From: Hydrolagus colliei
Taxonomy: Eukaryota
DNA length: 64,000 nt
Assembly (NCBI GenBank): GCA_035084275.1
Contig: CM068760.1
Span: 4,588,001-4,652,000 of the forward strand
Direction: 5' to 3'
Part shown: positions 13,321-24,550 of the stretch, one piece after another
Layout of the letters: the number at the start of each line of letters is the position of its first letter
Numbering within the stretch: the first letter of the stretch is position 1
Notes under the pieces: generated by a model
Databases searched by the model: none
Told to the model about the DNA's origin: nothing
What the model saw: the letters and a program-made list of their open reading frames with translations, nothing else
Made by a program: the position numbers and the translations under genes

Positions 13321-14467
13321 TTAACATCCACCTGAAGCAGGCAGAGGAGACCTCTGCGCAAAAGAAAAATAAATGTGTAAGAAAAAGGCACAGAGCACTT
13401 CTTCATTTGAAGTATTTCCTGAATAAATTTACGTTTACCGCCACCAAGACCTCAAAGGATTGCTTTGTATAGCACAGCCTGCTTCCAATTATCTTCAATA
13501 AGATCACTCCATTCTCCCGATCATTTTATGGACGCCCCCAAGGTAGTATATATTGTCAACTGAGTTTAATTCTTGGTAAAGGTTATTTCTCTCGCACAAC
13601 TGGTCCTTTTTTGTCAGGAATGGGTGGGGTTGAGAGGGGAGAGGGAGGTTAGTATGGGGCGGAGAAGGTTAGAGAGGTGGAATTGCTTCCCTAGAGGGTG
13701 GGAGGGAGGGAATGTCGGAGAGCGGCTCATCCTACTTTTTGCCTTTGCACCTGGTTCGAAGTTACTGTTTTGGGATCTGATCCTTTGATTTGTAGCAGCA
13801 GCCAAGTAAAATACAGGTAAAACACATTTAACTCATTCAGCCTGAGCAAGCAATCTATGTGTGTTGGCCCGGCTTGGTTGTTAACAGTCTCGCCTCTGTG
13901 TTGGAAACCTCTCACGAGTTCCAGCTCAACGGTCAGGGCTCGCAATCTGAAGTCTAGTCCAGCCCAAAGCTCCGGAGGCGACGACCTGTGGCGACACCTT
14001 TAATCTGTCTGTTCAGGTGTACATTAATGATCCAACGACACTGCTGGAAATGCTTGGCTCGGCCATGAGACGAACGAGACCGCCAGAGCATGGATCTGAT
14101 TCTGGTCTTCGATTGTCAGGCATGTCAACTCTGCCCTCCAAAGACACCATCCCCTCAAGGACAGTCACTCGCGGGTCACCAGGCATCCATCTGACAAGTG
14201 CGTTCAAGTCTCAGTTTAACATTTCATCCTAAGGGCATTTACCACGGGAAAGGAGATGAAATTGGAACAGATATGAACAGGACGAGCAACTGAACATATA
14301 AAGTATATAAAAGTGTTGTGATATTAACATAAAACACAATGAAAGACCACTGGATCCTTGTATGAGAATATTCCAACTCCTTCTTGCCTCTTGTTTGAAA
14401 ATAAAAGCCCAGAAACTGTAATTACAAGTATGGTACATTCCAGAACAGTCTGCATTATATATATATA

Positions 14468-14672
14468 AAGTAAAAGCTCGTTTATCTGGCACCCGATCAA
14501 CTGTAACTTCCGTATACCCGGCATTGCAAAAAAAAGTCCGCATTCGATTAATCGGAATTCATCCAGAAAAATGCATTTAATTTTTTTTTTGCTTTTTCAG
14601 CCAAATATCCGGCAGGTGCTTTAACCGGCATTGGCCAGGTCCCAAGGGTGTTGGAAAAACAGGCTTTTACCG
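14468..14672. mobile_element. Tc1/mariner-pogo (Tigger-like) MITE, ~205 bp
   Basis: Imperfect terminal inverted repeats aagtaaaagctcgtttatctggcacc / ggtgttggaaaaacaggcttttaccg, flanked by TA on both sides. Confidence 0.65.
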
Positions 14673-17357
14673 TATCAATATATATCTAATATATTTGCTG
14701 CCAGTTTTCTATTTCTAATCACTGCAACGGAAATGATCAGCAACAGATTTTCTGAAACTAAAAGCCATATGGAACAGCTACATTAACGTGGAAAACCGCT
14801 CAGAATTTCAGCTCCACAACCTTATATCGCCCACAAACATAGTCAATAAACTTTACAGAATATCCCGTGAAGCGCTTTGAGACGTCGATAAGACATGAAA
14901 AGCGATATATCAAGGATTATTATTATAATATTATTAAAAAAGTGCCAGAAATACTCAACCAAAACCCACCCCCCATAGGCTTTAAATGCTCAGATATATT
15001 TTCAGTGAAATGCTATTATTTTTTGGAATAAGACTTGCCAAAGAACACAACAAAAAGATACAAGAGCAGAGGAAGAGCATGGTTTTACTTAAGTGTGATT
15101 CTGATGGATGAGGGGAGGGGTGGGGGTGGGGGGAAGAAAATGGGGATGATGAATGGGACATCAACCCCAAACATTCTTGTGCATTTAAGATCCCGTATTG
15201 TATCTTTCATCTCTCTGTGCATGCAAATTGCGTGCACTTGCTAAGTCATTTGGCAGGAACTCGAATTCTCAGATCAGGAATTTCAATTAACAGGATGTCT
15301 TTATTTAGCTTACAATTAACTTTTGAGGAGAGGGAAATGGAGCCAACTCGTCAAATACTTAGGGAAGTCATATTTAATATCCCCCGGGGATTAATATTTT
15401 ACTTGCCTCCAGAATCAAAGTAGAGACAATATGGTCTCCTCTGGGTGACCTCATATAAATTTTCATTTGTAAGCCTATTTACATGGGCATGCATTTTGCC
15501 CACAAATATACAGTCAATTCACTTTACAGTATATTTCATGAAGTGCTTTGAGGCATCTAGAAGACTTGAAAAGTGCTATATCAAATGCAAGGATTATTAT
15601 TATTATTACTACGTGTGAGGGCAAAGCAAATCTTGACCTGATGACTGAGATCAATCCCCCAAATTCTACATCCCAAAGATTTTGGAACCCAACCTCGAGA
15701 GTCAACTTCCTTCATGAGTATCAGTTGATTATTTTCGATCATGTAGTGAATGCTGTGCCAAGCTAATATCTCATATTACCTGTTACGTACCTGCACAAGT
15801 TGGAAAGGGCGATATGATCCTTGATCAAATCTCGTACACTTACTATTTCCAGCCCCCCACCTCCCCCACCCCTATGGTAAAACAACATTGAAATTGATGG
15901 CACAGTGTTAAACTTAGTTTACATAAGAAACAAAGTCAATCCAAACCAACTCCCTGCTGATCAGGTCTCTCCACTTCACTTAAGTCTTTCCAACCTGTTT
16001 GCAGACACATCCTTGAGTAACCTAGGACAAGGTCAGTACAACTGAAAAGAAAATTAGATCAACAATAATAATCGTCAATCCTTTCAATCCATATATCACC
16101 TTACCACATCGTTGAAATGGCACAAATCGCTTTGCAAGATTTCACTGTAAAACATAGTGACTGTGCGTTTGATGTGAAAGGCGCTAGGCAAGTGTAATTT
16201 TGTTGTTGTTGTTTGTAGACAACATGTATCAAAAGTAAAGGCCACAAACAAGATACAAATTTCAATCAAGTAATTTATTCCCAAAATTTACTCCCCAACA
16301 ATGGGGGTTAGAACAGTGCCGGAACCCCAGCCTAAAACATCGAAACAATTACAGTAGAAAAAAACACATCAACTAGACAAAACGATGGTGGGTTTTTTGT
16401 TGCCAGATACAAGACCTTAGCCAGAGTTCTTGGCAATTTACGAGGATGTGTGTTGTTTAGACTTCGCTCAGGCTCACAAGAAACTCTTAATTACTTCCCA
16501 ATGATTGATTAGGTAAAAAGTGTAATGTTACAATTTTTTTTATCGATCTACAGCAGTAAGTATTTGGACAAGGACGGATGCTTAGGGACTAAGCTTTCTC
16601 TAAATTTCTTCGTGGACAAACATGTGAGACAATAGGACAATTAAAATCTCTTTATGAGCCTTTCCTCTTACATTTGGGGGGCATTTGGGAAGCAAGTTGC
16701 AGAGTGTGTGTACCAATAGGCAATAATTGGCATTTTAGGCACTGATCTTTTGCTTTCCTGCTTTGCTTACGAACAAATACAAACCATCAGACAATGGTTC
16801 AGAACGAGGGAATGGTTAAGAAGCCAAGGTTGGCGAGAGACAAGTCAATGGAATGAAGTGCAACAATCAGAACGTGATTGAATCCCAATCTGAACAACTC
16901 ATGGGACCTCTATATATGTTTCAGGTATTCAGCTTTTGTTTAAGGTGGGAGGATGACACACCTAGACAAGATTATAAATGTAGTGGCCATGGGGGAGCAA
17001 ATTGCTTGGAACACTAAATGTAGCTCATATGCAAGAAACAATCTTTCAACACCCTCACAGAGTTTCAAAGAATGAAAGCACGTGGATTTTTTTTGTTAAA
17101 GTGGGGGAAGCAATAGGCTAGTGAATGCAAGAGTTTAAATATGGACATAATAAAAGTTAACAAAAAACCCATTCAATGGAGCCTTGCCTTTTAATTTCTG
17201 AGGAATGTTTGATGTTGGATCCACTGGTTGTTTGACAGCTGGACCCAATCCCTGAGAACAATCCATGAGGCATGTTTGAATAGACTGGATTTTCCAAATT
17301 AATCCTTTGTTTCTGTCTAACCCAGCATTCAGTCCAGTGTAGTCAATTATTTTTTTT

Positions 17358-17556
17358 GGTCAGCCGGCTGTCTGACACATGTGGAAACCCATCACCGTGC
17401 TTAATGAGTATCCGAACCAACAGCATTCAAATTCCACGTTTCCCACCTACACATGGAAATTCCAGGGATAGATTGGAGTGGGGGTGGGGGGGAGGCATCC
17501 TGCTTACCTAATTCCGGAAGGTATAAGGCGCAGGTTGGCAAGAGCCAAGGCTTGGG
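17358..17556 (-). repeat. Unclassified ~200-bp interspersed repeat, copy 1
   Basis: Its reverse complement aligns in blocks with 63503-63708 and partly with 40283-40332. Confidence 0.75.
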
Positions 17557-20500
17557 AACCCCAGTTGTGTGTCGGGGTATTGCTGGAGTCTAGCCAGCTA
17601 AAACCGCGTAACTTGTCATTGAATATCTAGAATTTCAGACCAGGACAAAAAAAAAGGTGCATTAAATTAATAAATATTGTGAGCATCATCGTGGGATAAT
17701 AAGTTAAGGTACATCATTATATTTCTCAGTGCTGTGCCTAGTTAAGTTTCCTGTTCCCTTCCATCTTCAACCCTTTACTGAAAGTTGTGCTATTTTACTG
17801 ATGTGATGTCCTTGCCTGGGTGACCCTTTTATGGTTTTGAACAGATATGAAGTGTAGTTTGCTGGGAAGGCAGCACTACTGAAGTAGCAATATTTAGTGT
17901 GAAGTCGATCAGTAGGAATTTTCCCAGTCAGAATATTTGGTACATTAGGAATAGGATAAGAATTTTCCTTTGATACAAGGTACGGATTCAAGCACTGACT
18001 AAGGGTGTTTGTATCTGGTACCTTCCACATCCACCATCCCTTCAATTAACAAAAGAGCATTTTCTTCTCAAGAGCAGAAGGCAAATATGTACAGCGTTCG
18101 TCTTATTTCTCAGCGTCTCATTTGGCACTGTGGTTTATCTGAACGCCTTACCTATGGCCTGACAGTTGCCGTTTAGTGCATGTCTTTCGAGATCTGGCTG
18201 CTGGCCAGAATTACTCTGTTTACCTTCATATCTGCCTGGAGCCTCGAACCTTCAAGCGTGGGTTTTCTTCCGCTGCATTACATATATAATTACGTAGATT
18301 TGCGTGTAATAAAAAGTATTAACTTGCATTTGAGATTAAAATACTCCCATCAACACGCATGCAAAAAAAAAAGCAAACCAGCAATTTTTTTTGTGTGCTA
18401 CATGTACACAGACAGACGCTCGGATGAGTTCCGTCACATTTGTTCTTAAAAAAAACACACATGGGCTGTAAGTTTTCTTTCTCCAAAAAAAAGCCTTGAA
18501 TCTTCATTATAAAAAGATGTTGCTTTTTCGTAGGGAAATGATTTAACTGGGAAATAAGTCTCACTCTGAATCGAATGGTGTAATGTAAACGCATTTGATA
18601 TATATATATATATGTGTGTAACTACCCTGAGCACTTCTCAATCCCACAAAGCGCTATCTTGTATACTGTTATATCACAGATTGATCCAACGACTGGAGGG
18701 GGGGGTGCTTCATATGTAATTATGATTCAATGTTAGCAGCTCCTCTTACAAATATATATATATATTCAGCTCATCATCTCTGTGTGTATGGCTTGTGCTT
18801 CAGAAGAACCAAGTTTAGCTGTGTATTTTGCTCAACTCACACAAAAACAATAGACTTATTTATTTAGCAAGCTTTCTTTCAGACTACTATCCCTCATATT
18901 TTGTTTAGAAAATTCCTTAAAAATACATATTTTAAATCGTTAAAGAGTATTATGAGTTCACAGTTTACACTACAGGTGCACTTCCTGGGGGGAGGTGGGG
19001 AAAGAGGGAGGTAGGTGGTGGGGTGGGGGGGGGGGAAGAAGAAAAAAAAACGCATTGCTCCTTCAAAGGAGATTCAGTATCTCAGCTTCGGTTATCCACA
19101 GCATTTGAGGCTGAGTGGTTGCCGAGGGTCACAGTGTCAAGATTCAATGGCAAGTGTCAGCCAGGGACAAGTCCAGTCAGTTTCTGTTCCAGCCTTTTTC
19201 ATCCCAGGTCTCTCGCCTTCCAGTGTTCCTCCTTCAGTGACCAGCAAGCGAGATTCAAGCCATAACTTATTTAAGTTCCCTTCACCCCGATATTCCCAAT
19301 CAGCCATAATAATAAAACAATAATAATGATCATCCTACAATTTGCTATGGGAACCATTTCACTGGGAATTGTTGTCAAGTGTATCGTTTCCTGATAAAAC
19401 GGCCGTGCAATGCAATGAGCAATTTTACCTCGGTGGGTGGAAGGGTAGGAAGGTAGTGGTAGAGGTTGGAGGGTGGTGAGGGGGTGAGGAGGGAGTTGAT
19501 TGTTGGCCAGGACTCGGTGGTGAGTGGGGGGGAAGGGGGGGTGCGGCGGGAGAGAAACTCGCTTCCCTGATTGAGCTGTAGTGACAAAAGCAAAGATCTC
19601 CAAATCCAATTTCACGGCAGGCAGAACTCAACATGTGTCAGCAAAGGCAGCTTCACCCAAAATAAAATTAAAAGTCGCCCTGCGGTTTCGAAGTTAGTGA
19701 TTAACATTACATTGGCCACCACCCACCCCCGCTCTCCGCCCACCACCAGCCCCGCTTTGCTTATAAATAAAATCAGAGCTCCGAATGAAGCATTTCATTG
19801 TGGCGTTAAAGTGTTTTGACTTTGACTATTGGTGAGGCCTGTCAATCCCGCAGTCTCCGATGTCTGTATCGGAGCGGGGGGGGGGTGGGGGGGGTGGGGT
19901 TGAGACAAAACACGACTCGATGCCAACACAATAAGCCAGAGCAAGAGATCTGAACCTTCCAAGTGCTCCCTTAACCTTAAAGTACCACAAGCACTTGTCA
20001 GGGTTAAAGAGTTCAACCACTAGAATTCAACCGAAGAGAGCGACGCGGTTTAATTCCTCCCCTCCTCTGTGGCAGAGCCAGCGGTGCCATGCCAGTGATA
20101 TCTATCAATAACCTTTTTTATAATTCAGCTCATTACAACGGTTACATATTTACTTCAAAAACAAACACAGCATTGTACGCTTAAATGCTGTTTCAAGCCA
20201 GGCTCCGGCCAAGAGGACAGCGACATTAGAGGGGGGAGGGGGGACTTTGTAAATGGGTGGGTGAGCTAGAAGCGAACATCTAAAGTACACTGGCCTATTG
20301 TTTGGGATGGGAAATTTTAACCGTGGAATTAAGTGCTGGCCGCCGTGAAGTCGTGTCTGAAGATCACTTTCCTTTTGTGCGAGCAATGGGAAACATTTGG
20401 GCCACAAACTTTATTGCCCTCTTATAAATTCCTGGGCATCAGATAGAGGTTATATGGTTTTATTGGCCACTCTGAAAATAGCCTCTGCCCCTGTTGGGCT

Positions 20501-21656
20501 ACCTGACATGTAGGAAGGATAACAGACCTCACTTGTTTTCGTACTCTCCTCAACTCCCATCCCTCCCTCCCACCTGCCACTTTGGGCTGATTTTACAGAA
20601 CAGGGCCTATCACCTGTTGGTTTCTTATGGATTCTGGGCGAGGATTCTTTGCAGGAAGCGGATGTACATAACATTGGCGAGCAGAGCCGCGCTCCGGGTG
20701 GAATTCCCACATCGAAATTCTGCATCAAGCTTTTTTTGTAGAACTGACTGTCTTGAAGCAGACACTCACAGAGTGACGGGGTGAGCATCCATTGATCAGT
20801 TATGATGGCACCATACTGGGGGAGATCTAGTTCGAGCCTGGGAATCCTTCAGCAACCCAGGTGTTGGCTGGAGGCCCCTTGTGACGTGAGATGAGTTCAC
20901 TTTATCAAGGCCCCAAGTAGTTGGACTCGTATTTCATTCGGTACTGCCTGCTAGGACAAGGAAATGGGATCTCTAACAATAATAATAATCCTTGTGTTTG
21001 ATATAGTGCTTTTCCACATCTTCTAGACATCTCAAAGTGCTTCTGTTAAGTGAAAGGACTGTATCTATGCGGCTGAAACTCGTTAAAGAGGCGGAAGACC
21101 CCATAAAGTATCCAAATGTAAAGAGGAACTGCTGCCACTGTAAGAGCGACAGTGAGTTAATCAATCCCCCAAAAGGAGTTGACTGATAAAAAGCCCCTGA
21201 AATAAGTGCTCTCAAGGAGAAACTGTAGTTACCTCCAGAATAAATAATAATAATAATCCATGCGATACTTCCTATCACATCTTTGAAACATCTCAAAGCT
21301 CTTCATGGGATATAGAGTACAGTAGAATGTAGTAACTGTGTATTTCTAGGCGAACGACTGCCGAGTTGTTTAGTTTGGCATTGGTTGGGGATGGATCCAG
21401 GTTGACTTCCACTCTTTGGGGCCACTGACCCTTCGCCTCAATTTGACCCTTCGCTCTCAATACATATTTTTTTAAAAATGTTTAGTCCACACATGGTACA
21501 GTTATGGCCAAAATGGTTTGCAGGACGCCATGAGTTATCTGAAGGTTATTTCCGGAACTTGGTCTTTCATGGAAAATGGTCCACTTTGTTCAACAATGGT
21601 AGTTAACACCGGGGCTAGCAGAGCGGGGGTGGGGGGGTGGGGGAGGGGATATGTTG

Positions 21657-21662
21657 TTTATT
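21657..21662 (-). promoter_or_regulatory. Candidate polyadenylation signal of slc39a11 (AATAAA)
   Basis: First minus-strand AATAAA I found after the stop, ~315 nt downstream. Further candidates lie at 20459-20464 and 20410-20415. The site actually used cannot be determined from sequence. Confidence 0.4.
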
Positions 21663-21976
21663 ACCCTCGGTTACTTAGCCTGAAAAACGACAGCTGTACC
21701 ATTACAATGAGCCTGACAGAGAGAAAAAAAACCTGTACTTTTTAAGGAGCTAGAAAGTGAACTTTGTCATTTTCCTTGTAAGATTCAAGTAGAGATTCAT
21801 AAACAATTGGAAATCCTGTGATCCAAAAACAAATCAACGAAAGACACCCGATTCCCAGTGTTCAGTACAGCAGACCCAGTTAGGAAGATAGTCTACGGGT
21901 GGGGGTGGGAGTCAGGATGATGGGGGGTGAGGGAGGGGGTTTGGGGGTGGGTGGGGAAAGAAAGATGAATTTGAGA

Positions 21977-22055
21977 TTATCCGAGACCAACATCGAGAGA
22001 CATCATCAATACGAAACCCACGATGGACGTCCAGGAAGCCAGCTTGCCGTTCCCG
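21977..22055 (-). CDS. slc39a11: ZIP11 zinc transporter, last coding exon (79 bp to stop)
   Basis: Acceptor tttgcag|C, then GNGKLASWTSIVGFVLMMSLDVGLG-TAA, matching the ZIP11 C-terminus (human GNGKLASWASILGFVVMMSLDVGLG). Confidence 0.96.
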
Positions 22056-22314
22056 CTGCAAACAAAAGCAAACAAGGTCAGTGCGTGTGTCTTTAAACAG
22101 ATCCAGCTGTCCATTGGCATACAGTTGGGAATCACATTCCTCGCGCCCCAACCCCTTGCAGCTCTGTAGCAAAAGTACTGTGTGCGAATGCGCTCATCCC
22201 AATTTTTCCAAGGCTTCCTTCATATTGTGCTCAAACCTTTCCTCGGGCAAGACTCCTTCTCTCTCACCGTACCCAGCAGAGCTCAAAAATAAAGTGAATC
22301 TTTTTGGGGAGGGT

Positions 22315-22525
22315 CACTGGTCTGTGACCGGAAGTCACTGGATCTGCGGGAATGTCGGAGGTCGGCGGGACACCTTTCCGATTCCCTTGGTAGAGAATCC
22401 CATGAGAGATTCCTATGCAGAGTAGCTCTGATAGGAATCTCTCATGGGATTCTCTACCAAGGGAAGGTGTCCCGCCGACCTCCGACATTCCCGCGGATCC
22501 AGTGGCTTCCGGTCACAAACCAGTG
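22315..22525. repeat. Near-perfect long inverted repeat (fold-back/MITE-like) in the last slc39a11 intron
   Basis: Arms of ~100 bp with 3 substitutions, one 7-nt bulge and one 1-nt bulge, around a 3-nt loop at 22423-22425. Confidence 0.95.
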
Positions 22526-22939
22526 GGATTCCCGTTTTTTAAGGAACGTCGCCATACGCCATCATGCATTAGGTGCCACTGTACAGAGACGAAGGCAGCG
22601 GCTCAGGCTTCTTGTGCTCCGCTGGTGCTCATAAATCGGTTGGCCTTTGCTCTCATCATTTGTCCCATTGTCAAAGCCACTTCATTGATTTATTGCCTCG
22701 CAATCTCCTGCCAGACGCCTGTCGGGCTGCAGTTATCAAGTACTCTTGACGCTGATATAACAAGGTACCTTGGACCGATTGGGTTTATCTGGAGGCTGAG
22801 GTAACCAGGAACACGCAGCCTGGTCTGGGTGGAGGGGAAGGATTGCGTTGAGATGGCCGTGCGGTGCTTTGGCACGTCCAGCTCCTTGGGACGCCCTCCC
22901 GACTTGAAAAGGCGCTCTCTAAATGTTGTTGTTGCTTAC

Positions 22940-23098
22940 CTGAGCTGCGCTTCGGGAATGATGTCGTCCACCACAACGTAAACCATGGCGCCGGCGGCAA
23001 ATGCCAAAGCGTAGGGCAGGATAGGCTCCGCCAGAACCACAGCAAAGGCTCCCAGCACTCCAGCCACCGGCTCAACCATACCACTTAACTGGCCGTAC
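22940..23098 (-). CDS. slc39a11: ZIP11 zinc transporter, penultimate coding exon (159 bp)
   Basis: Translates to (W)[52 protein letters not shown](S). Acceptor gtgaag|G, donor AG|gtaagc; in frame with both neighbouring exons. Confidence 0.96.
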
Positions 23099-24156
23099 CT
23101 TCACAATAACAACAGCAATAACAGACTGCGGCAACAATTTATACAGAAGTAGAAAGTTGGGGGTAAGAGCTTGAAGGGAGGTAAAGAAATAACCCTGCCC
23201 GCGCCCCCCACCCCACCACCACCCCCTGACCACCCCGGCCTCCCCAATGAAAGAAATCAGGATCAGCAGAAAGTGTAATAAAAACGTTTTTGAAAGTAGG
23301 AATGCTTTGGAGAGGGTTAAGTAGAGAAAACAGGTTCCACCGATCGATGAGTCAATAACGATGGCCCCCAAAGTTATTATCATCTCCAGAGTGAAAAGAA
23401 ATGGGATATAATGAGATATTGGATAAGTCTCTGCAAACGGGTGTTGAGGTTAAGCGCGTGGGGAAAGGATTGGGAGAAATACTCAAGGACAAATTGGTTG
23501 AAAGGGCAGAATCGAACTGGAGCAGAAAGGTTCGCCTTACAAGTGTGTGCGTGCGTGTGTGTAAGGGAGGGGAGAAGGGCGAGCGTACAACAGCCGAGAC
23601 ACGAAACAATGTGGCCATGAGGAAAGGCATTAAGATGAAATGTTGCAGTCGTGCAAAAATGCAGTGGGCTTCAGGGCCAGGAGCGAACTGGGGACGAGAG
23701 GTAAGCAAGCGTGCGAACATGCGTTTCCTTGGCCGGACGAAAGGTTTCCCTCCGCGCAGCGAAAAAGTGACGCAGTGGGGATTATCAGGAAGCTGAGAAT
23801 CTCTAGATAACACTAAGTAGCTACAGAGCAAAGCTGCTTTTTGTTACGACACAAAACCACTCAAAGTGATGACATGTATGTACGGGATCAAAGCAGGCTG
23901 GGGCTGAAATACAAACGTTTATCTCTCAATAAAGACAGATCTGGCTGGGAAGGAGACAGAAGTCAACTGCCAATAAGATAAGATGAAGAGCAGCTAACGA
24001 GCAGATGTGCAAGCGCTATATTATTAGTCTTTTCCTCGCAATGTTTTCAAAGTAACGTCTGTCGTCCCTTGATCCAGTTCAGGGAATGTTACTTTGGTGA
24101 CATTTTATACACTTTTAAGACTGGAATCCTTCACCGAATGTACAGTTCGGTCGATC

Positions 24157-24232
24157 TTAACCCTTTCATCAATGTGTGGCTCGCCATCTTAACCCTTTCA
24201 GCAATTGAGCTCTTGCGGCATTAACCCTTTCA
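24157..24232 (+). repeat. Three TTAACCCTTTCA motifs at 32-bp period
   Basis: Exact 12-mer at 24157, 24189 and 24221 with dissimilar spacers. Confidence 0.85.
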
Positions 24233-24451
24233 GCATCATACTCTGAAAAACGTAACCCCTGCATGATTTGGCGTGCACTGTCTTGGATCTTTGGTAGCTT
24301 GTTCAGTCGACGGGAAGAGGAAATTTGTATTGTTTTTAAAGAGGTGCCGGAGACCTTCCAAGGAGCAAGTTGGGGGAACGCGACAGAAGAGATGACACAT
24401 TGTGACACAAAAGTACAGCTGAGCCTCGCGCTGTGCTTGGGAATCACCTAC

Positions 24452-24550
24452 CAGAAGGCTTTCAACTTGGACATTCCCGCCCCACGCAACGGTAGGCTGA
24501 CGGCAAGGCCTTCTGGGAAGTTCTGGAGTCCAATCCCAATGGCTAAATTC
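24452..24550 (-). CDS. slc39a11: ZIP11 zinc transporter, third-to-last coding exon (99 bp)
   Basis: Translates to (R)[32 protein letters not shown](W), close to human ZIP11 [34 protein letters not shown] as recalled. Acceptor ttacag|G, donor TG|gtaggt; phase 2 at both ends. Confidence 0.96.

Noticed and set aside
16408-16422. acaagaccttagcc shared with ~47337-47350
   Set aside because: A 14-bp match whose flanks do not align; may be chance or a very decayed repeat.
22785-23084. ORF-track proteins overlapping the slc39a11 exon
   Set aside because: Wrong frames; the ZIP11-matching frame is the spliced one reported above.
24157-24263. CRISPR-like repeat-spacer array
   Set aside because: Vertebrate intron, repeat only 12 bp, three units, no cas genes. 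Kept as a phased motif cluster instead.
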